NCBI GenBank assembly: GCA_035382085.1
Contig: DAOSZO010000005.1
Coordinates: 1-61,676 of the forward strand
Source: Smithella sp.
GTDB lineage: Bacteria > Desulfobacterota > Syntrophia > Syntrophales > Smithellaceae
Length of the DNA: 61,676 nucleotides
Reading direction: 5' to 3'
Position 1 is the stretch's first letter, and the number at the start of each line of letters is the position of its first letter. Shown here piece after piece: positions 47,745 through 57,385 of the stretch. The notes below the pieces were generated by a model. It ran no database searches. It was given only the letters and a program-made list of their open reading frames with translations, and was not told where the DNA came from. Made by a program: the position numbers and the translations under genes.

Positions 47745-49085
47745 TCAAAGGGATTTTGCATAATCGGCGGCTTTTTCGCCGGCCAGATGGCCGGTGGAAA
47801 AGGCGGCCTGCAGATTATAGCCGCCGGTGTCGGCGTCAATGTCCATCACCTCACCGCAGAAAAACAATCCCCTGATCCGTTTGGAGGCCATGGTGCGCTG
47901 GTCGATTTCCTCCAGAGAAACGCCCCCGGCGGTGACCATGGCTTTTTCCAGCGGCAAAGGCGCTTTGACGTTGAACCGCAGCGCTTTGAGCAACTCAACG
48001 AATTTTTCTCTTTCGGCGGCATTGATCTGATGCGCGGGTTTTTCCCGGTCGATTCCGGCAAGATCAATCAGCGGTTCGATCATCTTGGAGGGCAGATACG
48101 CCTTCAAGAGGCCGGCAAGTTTTCTTTTGCCGTGTTTTTCCATATCGTTTTGCAGGCGTTTGCGCAACTGTTCCCGAGACAGCGCCGGTTTCAAATCAAT
48201 CAAAATGGAAACCGGACCGGCCTCCAGCGCGTCGACGACGGCCAGGCTCATCAGCAGAATGATCGGTCCGCCCAGACCGAAATGCGTAAAGAGCATTTCC
48301 CCGAAGCGGCTCTCGATGACCGGCGGGCGCGCTTTTTTCGTTTCGCCGCGTCCGTAAACGCGGGCGGGCGTGAGCGTCGCATCAACGGAATCCGCCCGGC
48401 CCTGAAACGCCGTCGCGCGGACATGGCGCAGACTCACGCCCTGCATGGCTCGGGCAAGTTTCTCCTCCTTGACAATCAGCGGGACCAGGGCGGGTCGCAG
48501 CTTTACGATGTGGTGTCCGAGCGTGGCGCTGATTTTGTATCCGTCGCCGGTGGAACCGGTGGATGGCCAGGTGGCGCCGCCGGTTGCCAGGATCACCGCC
48601 TTACAGGGAAAGGTTGTATAGGCGGTTTTAACGCCGCGGACAACCTGGTCCTCAATAATGATCTCCGTGACTTTCGCGTTGAGTTTCACCGAAACGTTAT
48701 TTTTAACGAGATAATTTTTAAAAGCGCGGACGACATCCCGCGCGTCATCGGAAACCGGAAAGATTCTCCCGCCGCGTTCGATCTTGACGTCCAGGCCGTG
48801 ACGATGCAGAAAGTCAATGAGTTCCGGCCGGAAAAAATGATGAAAAGCGCTGAAAAGAAAACGGCCGTTGGGGCCGTACTTGGAAATGAAATGATTCAAT
48901 TCGGCCGCATTGGTCATGTTGCAGCGGGTTTTTCCGCTCACCAGAATTTTCTTGCCGAGCCCGTCCGTCTTTTCCAGAAGCAGCACCTGCGCTCCTGATT
49001 CGGCCGCGCGGCCCGCGGCCATCAGCCCTGCTGCTCCCCCGCCCACAACGACAATGTCTGCTAATCTTTGTTTTTCCATCATCAT
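47745..49085 (-). CDS. HI0933/YhiN-family flavoprotein
   Basis: GGGAAG, KILVSGKTRCNMTN, GRIFP, GSTGDG, FTHFGLGGP, VTAGGV and TGGYNLQAA motifs. Confidence 0.93.
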   Translation of the reverse strand: MMMEKQRLADIVVVGGGAAGLMAAGRAAESGAQVLLLEKTDGLGKKILVSGKTRCNMTNAAELNHFISKYGPNGRFLFSAFHHFFRPELIDFLHRHGLDVKIERGGRIFPVSDDARDVVRAFKNYLVKNNVSVKLNAKVTEIIIEDQVVRGVKTAYTTFPCKAVILATGGATWPSTGSTGDGYKISATLGHHIVKLRPALVPLIVKEEKLARAMQGVSLRHVRATAFQGRADSVDATLTPARVYGRGETKKARPPVIESRFGEMLFTHFGLGGPIILLMSLAVVDALEAGPVSILIDLKPALSREQLRKRLQNDMEKHGKRKLAGLLKAYLPSKMIEPLIDLAGIDREKPAHQINAAEREKFVELLKALRFNVKAPLPLEKAMVTAGGVSLEEIDQRTMASKRIRGLFFCGEVMDIDADTGGYNLQAAFSTGHLAGEKAADYAKSL

Positions 49086-49185
49086 TTGACCTCTGGACTC
49101 TGCCGATATGGCTTCCCGGTATCATGAAAATGTGAAAGCGGTCAACAATGCGTCCGATCCATACGCAAAAAAATGCTGGTGAATT

Positions 49186-49205
49186 ATTCTCCAGGGTTGG
49201 GGAAT
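49186..49205. promoter_or_regulatory. Candidate upstream activator site for the sigma54 promoter
   Basis: ATTCTCCA-gggt-TGGGGAAT inverted repeat about 100-120 nt upstream of the -24 element. A similar TTCCCCA-ttt-TAGGGAA lies at 53251-53267. Confidence 0.4.
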
Positions 49206-49306
49206 GAATGCTCACCGGGGGAAAATAAAAGAATCAAACAAAATTGTTTATAAAGAAAATATTAAATTATTTCAAAAGGATATAATTTTTCTGTTTGTTG
49301 GAATAT

Positions 49307-49321
49307 TGGCACATATATTGC
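49307..49321 (+). promoter_or_regulatory. sigma54 (-24/-12) promoter
   Basis: TGGCAC-ATATA-TTGC is an exact TGGCAC-N5-TTGC consensus, about 40 nt upstream of ORF 49363. A sigma54 activator gene is nearby. Confidence 0.82.
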
Positions 49322-49362
49322 CATTACCTGATGCAGTGAGTTTTGACGACGGGCTATAATGA

Positions 49363-49737
49363 ATGCGAAAAAATATTTTCTGCTTCGTTTTTTTCTTTTT
49401 TTCTTTTGTTGCTTTTGCGACGGAGAAACATGCTTCGGCAATTGAAGCCGGACTTGTCAAAACAAGGTCCGTGAAAACCGCGACAATGCATGCAACGGGT
49501 AAAGTGATTGAAATTTCCGGTTCAACCGTCAAAATTGAAAGGACCGTCAAGGGCGAAGCGGAGGCAATGACATTCGCTTTGGAGAAACCTTTCGGCGATG
49601 TCGCCGTTAATGATTTTGTAAAAATAGATTATGTTGAAAAAGAAGGCGTGTTGACAGCTTTAAAAATGAATAAAATCAGGCTGAAGGAAAGGTCGGTCCA
49701 TGCCGATTCGGTGCAATCAGCGCCTGTGAAAAAATGA
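49363..49737 (+). CDS. Small exported protein, probable OB-fold beta barrel
   Basis: Signal peptide (..VAFA), then TGKVIEISGSTVKIE...VNDFVKIDY beta-strand pattern seen in periplasmic OB-fold proteins. Confidence 0.65.
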   Translation: MRKNIFCFVFFFFSFVAFATEKHASAIEAGLVKTRSVKTATMHATGKVIEISGSTVKIERTVKGEAEAMTFALEKPFGDVAVNDFVKIDYVEKEGVLTALKMNKIRLKERSVHADSVQSAPVKK

Positions 49738-49806
49738 GATTTGTTTTGATCCCTTATCGATAAGGGCGGTATTAAAAAAAAGTAAAGGAAAAAGGAGGTT
49801 TTTAAA

Positions 49807-50157
49807 ATGAAGCGTTTAGTATTGTTTGTGGTTGCGTTTGTTTTCGTTTTTTGCACGTCCGCAATGGCCGTCGACCCCGCTGTGGCAGCAAAGGCTGACG
49901 CCAAGGCGACCAAAGAGGCCGTAAAAGCCGATGCCAAGGCAACAAAAGAAGCGGTCAAGGCTGACGTAAAAGCAGTCAAAGAAGAGGCAAAAGGCGATGT
50001 TAAGGCAGCCACCGATGAAAAAGTGAAAGAAGGAAAAGCCAAAGCCAAAGGTAAAGTCAAGGGCGCCAAAGGCAAAGCAAAAGAAAAAGTCAAAGGTGAA
50101 GTGGAAAAAGCGGTTCCGGCCACTCCGGCGACGCCTGCTTCTCCGGCAGTCAAGTAA
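49807..50157 (+). CDS. Exported Lys/Ala-rich protein with 11-aa tandem repeats
   Basis: AAGGAGG RBS, signal peptide (SAMA), then KADAKATKEAV x2 plus two diverged copies. Confidence 0.85.
   Translation: MKRLVLFVVAFVFVFCTSAMAVDPAVAAKADAKATKEAVKADAKATKEAVKADVKAVKEEAKGDVKAATDEKVKEGKAKAKGKVKGAKGKAKEKVKGEVEKAVPATPATPASPAVK
49891..50022 (+). repeat. Four in-frame 33-bp tandem repeats
   Basis: Units start at 49891, 49924, 49957 and 49990. The first two encode identical peptides with synonymous differences. Confidence 0.85.
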
Positions 50158-50181
50158 GTCGTCCTTAGCTTTGCGCGGATC

Positions 50182-50210
50182 AAGGGGAAGGCCATGCCTT
50201 CCCCTTTTTT
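50182..50210 (+). terminator. Intrinsic terminator ending the sigma54 transcript
   Basis: AAGGGGAAGGC-cat-GCCTTCCCCTT followed by TTTT. Confidence 0.9.
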
Positions 50211-50248
50211 CTTTGTGAAGGATCGGTATTTTTTGATATATCAATGCC

Positions 50249-51799
50249 ATGTTTTCAAAACTTTCTAAGAAAATATCAACTTTCAATGACAACATCACCG
50301 TTCGTTTTCGGTTGCTTTTCCTGGCGATTATCGGATTGGGTCTGACCATGGCTTTCTGGGGCGTGATTCAGCTGAAGGCCCTCGATAGAATCCTTGATGA
50401 GCAACAGGCGAAGAGACTGGAAGATGTTGCTGAAACGGTTAGCACCTTTTATCAGTTCTTTCCGTCAGGACGAGGTATCCGCGCCTTGGACATGGCGCTT
50501 CAGGATCACATCCAGTCGGATGTGCGTTTGGCCAGAATCGACATTTTTGATATCGGCCGCAAAAATGTCGATTATGTCGCCGGGGCGAGCCGCATCCAAT
50601 ACGAATGGCCGGAAAAAATCGTTTCTTCCGTCGGCAATAAGAATAAAGCGGTTTCCTTAAAGATCAAAACGGAAGCCGGGCCGGCGCTTGGCCTGCTCTA
50701 TCCTGTATTCGAAAACAAGAAGAAATCCAATATTGTCATCGGGGTTATCGGCTTTTCACGCGCCAACGCCGAGATTCTAAAAAGAGCCCAGTTACTGTTT
50801 GGCTTCAGCAGTATGGCGCTTTTGTTGTTCATCCTTCTGGTGTCGGGACTGAGTTACCGCTGGATCATAGAAAAGCCTTTAAGAATAATGATCGAGACGA
50901 TTGATGAGTTTCAGGGGGGAAATTACGCGAAAAGAATTCCGGTGATGCACAATGATGAATGGGGGCAGATTTCAAGGCACTTCAACGTGATGGCGGATGA
51001 AATTCAGGAAGTGATGAACCGGAACGCGGAGCTCAATAGAAATCTGGAAGAACGGGTTCGCGAGGAAACGCAGAAGGTGGTTCAGCTGCAAAAAGAATTG
51101 GGCGATTTGAAACAGCTGACAGCGTTGGGTCAATTGACGGCGAATCTGGCCCATGATCTGGGGACGCCGATTCATTCCATCAGCGGCCTGGCGAGTCTGC
51201 TTCTGGAAAGAGGCGACTTATCGCCCGACGTGGCCCACAAACTGAATTTGATTGTTCAGCAAACCCAGCGGCTGGATCATGTCATTCAGAACGTGCGCCG
51301 GGCGACGCGCCTGCCGGATCCTCACTTTGAGACATTGACCGTGGAGCAGATTTTCCATGAAACCCTTTCCTTGATGGAGCCGTTTTTGCGCAAAAAAGGA
51401 GTGGAAACCGTCGTCAGCATAGAAGGGCCTGTGCCGTTTTTGTATGTTGACCGTTACCGCGTGCAAACGGCACTGATGAACCTGATTCAAAATTCGTTGG
51501 AGGCGATGCCGCGGGGAGGCCGGATCATCCTGTCGGCCCAGACGGTTTCGCCCGGCGTTTTTGTGACGACGACCGTCAGCGACACGGGATCGGGCATCGC
51601 CCCGGAGGTGGCGGAAAAGGTATGCGAGCCCTTCTTCAGCACCCACTCCTCAGAGGGATTGCGCGGACTTGGACTGGCGATTGTGCGGGAGATCGTCAGG
51701 ACTCACCGCGGCAGGATGGAAATCAAAAGCACCCCCGGTGAGGGAACCTCCGTTATCCTCCATTGGCCGGTTTTCGGGGAGGGGACGCGGTCCTTTTGA
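50249..51799 (+). CDS. HAMP-domain sensor histidine kinase
   Basis: Two TMs around a periplasmic domain, HAMP, H-box AHDLGTP, N-box MNLIQNS, DTGSGI, EPFFST and GLGL. Confidence 0.93.
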   Translation: MFSKLSKKISTFNDNITVRFRLLFLAIIGLGLTMAFWGVIQLKALDRILDEQQAKRLEDVAETVSTFYQFFPSGRGIRALDMALQDHIQSDVRLARIDIFDIGRKNVDYVAGASRIQYEWPEKIVSSVGNKNKAVSLKIKTEAGPALGLLYPVFENKKKSNIVIGVIGFSRANAEILKRAQLLFGFSSMALLLFILLVSGLSYRWIIEKPLRIMIETIDEFQGGNYAKRIPVMHNDEWGQISRHFNVMADEIQEVMNRNAELNRNLEERVREETQKVVQLQKELGDLKQLTALGQLTANLAHDLGTPIHSISGLASLLLERGDLSPDVAHKLNLIVQQTQRLDHVIQNVRRATRLPDPHFETLTVEQIFHETLSLMEPFLRKKGVETVVSIEGPVPFLYVDRYRVQTALMNLIQNSLEAMPRGGRIILSAQTVSPGVFVTTTVSDTGSGIAPEVAEKVCEPFFSTHSSEGLRGLGLAIVREIVRTHRGRMEIKSTPGEGTSVILHWPVFGEGTRSF

Positions 51800-51810
51800 G
51801 AGAGGTCTTT

Positions 51811-53172
51811 TTAGCGCCTGAAAAAAGACTTCTTGCTTTCGGATGCCTTTTCCGAAAGGCCGTAGCGGCGGATTTTCAGCCGTAGGGTCTTCCGGTCAAT
51901 TTCCAGGAGCCTGGCGGTTTTGGACTGATTCCACGAAGTTTCCCGCAGGGTCTGCAATATTTTTTCTTTTTCCGCTTGCTCCAGAGGGGATAAATTGGAA
52001 GGTTCTTTCTTTTTGTAGATTGTCTTCTGAAAACGGTCCGGAAGGTTTTCCGGAAGGATGACCTCAAAGGGGGAAAGCAGCAGGGTCTGTTGCAGTACGT
52101 TCTGCAGTTCGCGCACGTTTCCCGGCCAGTCATACGCCATGAATAATTCCATCGCTTCGTCGGAGACGCGCGCGTCGGGGTGTCCCAATGCGCTGAGAAA
52201 GTAAGCACTCAACAGAGGGATGTCATCTTTGCGGTCTCTCAGGGGCGGGATGCGCAGGCGCACAATAAATCGGTAGAGGAGATCCAGCCGGAAGCGGCCC
52301 GCGCTGATTTCCTCATCGATATTTTTATTGGCGGCCGCGACCACTCGCACAGTCACGTGACGAACCTCGTGACTGCCGATTCTCCGAACCTCCCCGTTTT
52401 GCATGAAACGCAGAAATTTGCCCTGCAGAACTGCGGACATTTCGGTGATTTCGTCAAGAAACACCGTGCCGCCCTCGGCCGATTCCAGAAGCCCCGTGTG
52501 CTGACGGTCGGCGCCGGTGAATGATCCTTTTTCGTATCCGAACAACTCCGATTCCAGCAGATTGTCGGGAATTGCGCCGCAATGAACGACGACAAACGGT
52601 TTGTCCTTGCGGGAAGACATATTATGCAGGGCTCTGGCGGTCAGTTCCTTGCCGGTTCCGCTTTCGCCTTCGATCAGAACGCTGGCCGGAGCGTCCGCGA
52701 TGCGCGCTATCTGCTTGTAGAAATCCACCATGACGGCCGACGATCCAATCAGCTTGGGCTCTTGGGGTTCTCCCTGCGGCAGGCTTATGCGTTTTTCTTC
52801 CAGCTCCCGCATTTGAAGAACTTTCCTGACCATGGCGCGGCAGTCTTCCGGAGAAAAGGGTTTGCAGATGTAATCCCAGGCGCCTAGATTCAAGGCTTCC
52901 ATCGTAGTTTCCAGCGAACCGTAGGCTGTCATCAGGATCACCGGCAAATCAGGCCACTGTTTGCGAACCTTTTCGAGAAACTGCAGGCCGTCCATTCCGG
53001 GCATGCGGATATCCGACATCAGGAGATCAAATGACGATAAATCCTCCTTTAGCGCTTCTTTGGCCGAGGTGAACGTCGTGACATCATAGCCGTCCCTGTT
53101 CAAGGCTTCCTGCAGAAACTCGCAGGCGACGGCGTCATCGTCCAGAACCAGAATTTTCTTTTTCATATCCAC
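51811..53172 (-). CDS. sigma54-dependent response regulator (NtrC/AtoC/ZraR family)
   Basis: Receiver (LDDD, SDIRMP), [35 protein letters not shown] and a Fis-type HTH. Confidence 0.95.
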   Translation of the reverse strand: MDMKKKILVLDDDAVACEFLQEALNRDGYDVTTFTSAKEALKEDLSSFDLLMSDIRMPGMDGLQFLEKVRKQWPDLPVILMTAYGSLETTMEALNLGAWDYICKPFSPEDCRAMVRKVLQMRELEEKRISLPQGEPQEPKLIGSSAVMVDFYKQIARIADAPASVLIEGESGTGKELTARALHNMSSRKDKPFVVVHCGAIPDNLLESELFGYEKGSFTGADRQHTGLLESAEGGTVFLDEITEMSAVLQGKFLRFMQNGEVRRIGSHEVRHVTVRVVAAANKNIDEEISAGRFRLDLLYRFIVRLRIPPLRDRKDDIPLLSAYFLSALGHPDARVSDEAMELFMAYDWPGNVRELQNVLQQTLLLSPFEVILPENLPDRFQKTIYKKKEPSNLSPLEQAEKEKILQTLRETSWNQSKTARLLEIDRKTLRLKIRRYGLSEKASESKKSFFRR

Positions 53173-53298
53173 TCCAATGTTTTCTATTATTCCAAAAAGA
53201 GGAAAAAATCAAATTATCGGCAAGGGAAGCCGTCGGCCGCTGCCGGACGTTTTCCCCATTTTAGGGAATGTTTGTTTCACGATAAGCAAAGGATAAAA

Positions 53299-53329
53299 AT
53301 ATGCCCGCATTGGGACAATGCGGGCATAT
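53299..53329 (-). terminator. Terminator of the SCP2-ACAD-ACAD transcript
   Basis: ATATGCCCGCATTG-gga-CAATGCGGGCATAT perfect 14-bp stem; on the minus strand it is followed by a T run. Confidence 0.85.
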
Positions 53330-53353
53330 CAGGGTACAACAGGAGGAGTCTTT

Positions 53354-54550
53354 TTATTTGAGCTGCTTGCTGGAGTACCCCAGCACGTTGCGGGCCACAA
53401 TCAGGTGCTGAATCTGTCCGGTTCCTTCGAAGATGTCCGTGATCTTGACGTCGCGCATCCATTTTTCCGCGAGATATTCGCAGGAGAAGCCCAGCGGACC
53501 GAGCAGTTCGCAGCACTTTTGGCATATCAGCGTTCCGTAGCGCCCGGCCTTGGCTTTGGACATGGATGCTTCCAGGTTGTTGAACTCGCCGTTGTCCATC
53601 ATCCAGGCCGCGCGCCACGTCAGCAGCCTCATCGCTTCCAGATGAGCCTCCATCATGTAAAATTCCTTTTCCATGGCGCTTAAGTTGTTGGGATTTTTTT
53701 CATAATCCAGCTTGATGCCGCTTTCTTCAAGTTTTTCCCGAGTAAAATCCAGGGCGGCGCGGGTGACACCAAGAGCCATCGCGGCCACCAAGGGGCGCGT
53801 GTTGTCAAAGGTTTTCATGACCCCCTTGAAGCCTTCCGTGGATTGTTTGACTTCGGCGCTGCCCAGAATATTGTCTTTGGGGATGCGGCAATCATCCAGA
53901 ACGTAGGTTCCGGTGTCGGAAGCGCGCACGCCGAGCTTGTGTTCAAGCTTTTCCAGTTTGAATCCCGGCGTTCCTTTTTCCACGACAAAGGATTTTATGC
54001 CGGCCTTGCCGGCGCTCCGGTCCACTGTCGCCCAGATGACAGCCACCTCGGCGCGTTCCGCGCAGGTGACAAAGATCTTTTCGCCGTTGAGCACCCATTC
54101 ATTCCCGTCCAAGGTGGCTCTGGCGGTGATCGAGCCGGAATCTGAGCCTGATCCCGGTTCTGTGATGGCCATCGAAGCCCACTTGTCGCCGAAACGGGCC
54201 ATCTGTTCGTCGGTGGCCACGGCGGCAATGGCGGCGTTGCCCAGACCGGCGTTCGGAAATGACAACAGCAATCCCAAATCTCCCCAGCACATTTCTTCAA
54301 TCACCAGAACCGTGGAGAGATTTTGTCCCAGCTTTTTGGGATCCGGCGTGTCGGGCTTTGCTTCGTCGCTGGCTTTTTTCTTTTTCGGCCGGCTCATGAT
54401 CTTGATGGAACGGAACATATCCAGTTCCTGCGGATATTTGTGTTCATTCTCATCATAGTAGCGCGATATGGGTCTCAGCATGCTGTTGGCCATGTTGTTC
54501 ATGCTGCTTTTCATGTCGATCATTCTTTGGGTCATTTCAAGATTAATCAT
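53354..54550 (-). CDS. Acyl-CoA dehydrogenase, FadE23-like
   Basis: ITEPGSGSD, GEKIFVT, KLGVRASDT, KITDIFEGTGQIQ and C-terminal ARNVLGYSSKQLK. Confidence 0.92.
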   Translation of the reverse strand: MINLEMTQRMIDMKSSMNNMANSMLRPISRYYDENEHKYPQELDMFRSIKIMSRPKKKKASDEAKPDTPDPKKLGQNLSTVLVIEEMCWGDLGLLLSFPNAGLGNAAIAAVATDEQMARFGDKWASMAITEPGSGSDSGSITARATLDGNEWVLNGEKIFVTCAERAEVAVIWATVDRSAGKAGIKSFVVEKGTPGFKLEKLEHKLGVRASDTGTYVLDDCRIPKDNILGSAEVKQSTEGFKGVMKTFDNTRPLVAAMALGVTRAALDFTREKLEESGIKLDYEKNPNNLSAMEKEFYMMEAHLEAMRLLTWRAAWMMDNGEFNNLEASMSKAKAGRYGTLICQKCCELLGPLGFSCEYLAEKWMRDVKITDIFEGTGQIQHLIVARNVLGYSSKQLK

Positions 54551-54562
54551 CGTTCTTTCCTC

Positions 54563-55672
54563 CTATACCATTGCCATGCCTTCGAGAATGGCGATTCCCC
54601 GGCCGTTGCGATAGTAGCGCTCAACCGGATTTTCCCTGATGTATCCGTGACCTCCCAGGATCTGCACCCCGTAATCCGTGATCTTCATCGCCATTTCACC
54701 GGCATAGAGTTTTGCCAGATACGCTTCCCGTTTGGCATCCCGGCCGGCTTCCAGGGCGGAGGCCGCCTTCCAGGTCATCAGTCTCATCGCGTCGACTTCA
54801 TAGGCCATCTCGGCGATCATGAAAGCAATGGACTGGCGGTAAGCGATGGGTTCTCCGAACTGAACCCTTTCCTTGGCATAGTCCCGGGCGTATTCGTAGG
54901 AGGCTCGCGCAACGCCCGTGGCAATAGCGGAAAGCGCCGTTCGGCTTTTCTGCAGAAACTTGCCGTAATCACAGCCGGATTCCCCGCCGACACGATCTTC
55001 TTCGGGCACCTCACAATTTTCCATGGTCACCGGATAAGTTTCCAAAGCGTATAGCCCAAGATTCTTTTCTCTTTCGCCGATTTTCAAGCCGGGATTTTTT
55101 CCATCAATGATAAACAGATTGGCTTTGCCGTCCACGTCCGCCGCGACGAGAAAGTGACCGGCGTTTTTTGCCATGGGAACGAAACATTTCTTGCCGTAAA
55201 GAAGATACTTCGCGCCATTTTTCCGAGCTTTGGTTTCCAGCGAAACCGCGTCGAATTGAAACCGCAGTTCGTTGACGGCTGCCGCGCAGGGCTTATACGC
55301 GGCATCACAGTATAAGGGCAGGTACTTCTTTTTTTGTTCTTCCGTGCCCAGTTCCAAGAGCGTAAAAATAAAAAGGGAAGGGAGATTGGCGGCGATGGCC
55401 AATGCCATATCCCCGTAGGCCAATTCTTCTAAAACGATAGTGTTCATAATCGGCGAATATTCCATGCCGTACCCGCCGTAGACTTCCGGGACCATCGAAA
55501 CCGTCGCCCCCAGTTCCCAGATCTTGTCAATGATTTCTCTGGGAAGGGTCCTGGACTCATCCATGTCGTGGGCGGGGTTTCCGATAACCGCGCTCTTCAT
55601 CAGGCGGGCAATGGTCTCCTTCATGCTGCTTTGTTCTTCAGACATTCCGAAGCCAAAAGGTCTGTCGTCCAT
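54563..55672 (-). CDS. Acyl-CoA dehydrogenase-like partner subunit, FadE24-like
   Basis: ACAD fold (GKKCFVP, RVQFGEPIA, VQILGGHGY), but the FAD motif is degenerate (NELRFQFD) and the protein stops shortly after LEG. Confidence 0.88.
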   Translation of the reverse strand: MDDRPFGFGMSEEQSSMKETIARLMKSAVIGNPAHDMDESRTLPREIIDKIWELGATVSMVPEVYGGYGMEYSPIMNTIVLEELAYGDMALAIAANLPSLFIFTLLELGTEEQKKKYLPLYCDAAYKPCAAAVNELRFQFDAVSLETKARKNGAKYLLYGKKCFVPMAKNAGHFLVAADVDGKANLFIIDGKNPGLKIGEREKNLGLYALETYPVTMENCEVPEEDRVGGESGCDYGKFLQKSRTALSAIATGVARASYEYARDYAKERVQFGEPIAYRQSIAFMIAEMAYEVDAMRLMTWKAASALEAGRDAKREAYLAKLYAGEMAMKITDYGVQILGGHGYIRENPVERYYRNGRGIAILEGMAMV

Positions 55673-55818
55673 AATTTTTCTCCTTGAAAAAGCGTTGTTT
55701 TTCTATCGCGCGCGACGCGCTGGTGTTTGTTCTCTGATGCATGAAATTGCCGGGAGAAAAAACGCTTTCCTCCTAGGGGAAGCGCTTCTCCCAGCGTTTC
55801 GGCTTAAGGCTCCGAGGT

Positions 55819-56388
55819 CTAAATTAAACTCTGCAGTTTCATCAGCAGAACCATGTCGCCCGTGAACTTCAATTTGCCGTTCATGAAGAGAGCCTGACCG
55901 GTGACCTGTTTGTTTTGCATGGCGATCCAGTCGCTCAAATCCAGGCTGATGTCGACGCTGGGTTTTTCCTCGCCGTTGAAAATCATTTTGACGGGAATCG
56001 TATTGCCATCCTGTTTCAGCGTCAAATTCAACGAGCCTTTCGTCTCCATGAGATTTTTCAGCCGCGCCGGATCGGAGATTTCCACGGGATCCGTAAAGCG
56101 GTCAATCAGGCCTTCCATCTTGCCCGTCACCGCGTCCAGAAAAACTTGTTCTGACAAAGAAAGCGCAAGCAGAGGTTTTTCCACGGCGCCTTTGATAACC
56201 TCCAGATTGGTTCCGTCCTTGATTTTCAGGCAGTAGCTCTGGTCATTGACGAGAAACTGAAGATGGATTTCCTTGCCGGCCAGGGAAGAAAGGTTGGCGC
56301 CCGCCGTAATTTCCTTAAACTGAGAAGGAACATGCTTGATGAAGAAATCCTCCACACTCACGCCGCTGGGAACTGTGAATTTTGCCAT
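55819..56388 (-). CDS. SCP2 sterol-carrier/lipid-transfer domain protein (two SCP2-like halves)
   Basis: SCP2 hallmarks LQFLV, LALSLSEQVF and GQALFMNGKLKFTGDMVLLMKL. Confidence 0.85.
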   Translation of the reverse strand: MAKFTVPSGVSVEDFFIKHVPSQFKEITAGANLSSLAGKEIHLQFLVNDQSYCLKIKDGTNLEVIKGAVEKPLLALSLSEQVFLDAVTGKMEGLIDRFTDPVEISDPARLKNLMETKGSLNLTLKQDGNTIPVKMIFNGEEKPSVDISLDLSDWIAMQNKQVTGQALFMNGKLKFTGDMVLLMKLQSLI

Positions 56389-56438
56389 AATGTCTCTACC
56401 TCCAATTGATTTTTTTTGGGATAATAAAATACTCGTGA

Positions 56439-56462
56439 AGTATTTACCGGTTGGTAAATACT
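56439..56462. promoter_or_regulatory. Palindromic operator, probably for the adjacent TetR
   Basis: AGTATTTACC-ggtt-GGTAAATACT with perfect 10-bp arms. It overlaps the -10 position of a minus-strand promoter with TTGACA at 56478-56483. Confidence 0.78.
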
Positions 56463-56665
56463 AAAAAACAGAAAACCTGTCAACTCTTTTTTGGAGAGAT
56501 GTCCTTCATTTGTGGTATTGTTGAAATGATAATAAATACAATAAATTGTATTTATTTATTCTGTTGATTCTGGTTTTGGATACGAGGGAAAATATAAACT
56601 TTAAAAAAAGTATAGATTTTACCATGTGGTTTAAGATATAATGCTTCCAATAGGAGAATCAAAGG

Positions 56666-57334
56666 ATGCGATTACAGCGAAAAACAAAGAGAAATTATTC
56701 CAGCACGCGGATCAATCCTGCAGAGGGGAATGTCCGCGAAAGAATTTTGAAGGCGGCCAGGGATGTTTTTACTGAATATTCATTCAAAACCGCCAGCACA
56801 AGAATGATTGCGAAACGGGCGGGCGTTGAACATCCGATGATCCATTATTATTTCGGCTCCAAGGAAAATCTCTTTTATGCGATGGCTGAAGCAATGTATC
56901 GGGAAACCGTCGTCATTCAGGAATCATGGTTTGACGGACTGGACAAAAAGTCTCTTCGGGAAGGTTTTGAACTTTTTGTTGACCGGATGCTCGATTTCAC
57001 CATGACGAAACCTGATCCGCTCAAAATCGCGGCGCTGAACATGGTCAATATCGGCAATATCGAAGAGATCCCCGGTTACCGTTTTATCATCATGAGCATG
57101 GCGGCCATGCGGCGTATCATGGAGGAAAAGCTTCGATTGCACGGTTCCAACCGCGAGGTTGAAATGTTTATTTATTGCTTCTACGGTTTGATGATTAATC
57201 TAATCGGCTGCCGGAGCTGTCAGGCTCAGATTCTGAACATGAATCCGCTGGAAGAAAAATACCGTACCTGGGTGAGGGATGCCAGCATTACTTTGTTTTA
57301 TCCCTGGTTCAAGAAAATACTTCTTCTTCAGTGA
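56666..57334 (+). CDS. TetR/AcrR-family transcriptional regulator
   Basis: RERILKAA...ASTRMIAKRAGVEHPMIHYYFGSKENL HTH; divergent from SCP2. Confidence 0.93.
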   Translation: MRLQRKTKRNYSSTRINPAEGNVRERILKAARDVFTEYSFKTASTRMIAKRAGVEHPMIHYYFGSKENLFYAMAEAMYRETVVIQESWFDGLDKKSLREGFELFVDRMLDFTMTKPDPLKIAALNMVNIGNIEEIPGYRFIIMSMAAMRRIMEEKLRLHGSNREVEMFIYCFYGLMINLIGCRSCQAQILNMNPLEEKYRTWVRDASITLFYPWFKKILLLQ

Positions 57335-57385
57335 CGTTTTCCTCAATCAAAATATTGTCGGCGAAACGCCTGAAGGGAAATTGTC

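Noticed and set aside
55750-55790. Imperfect hairpin between SCP2 and the first ACAD as a terminator
   Set aside because: The stem is bulged and lacks a clear U tract on the minus strand; at most it is a processing or stability element.
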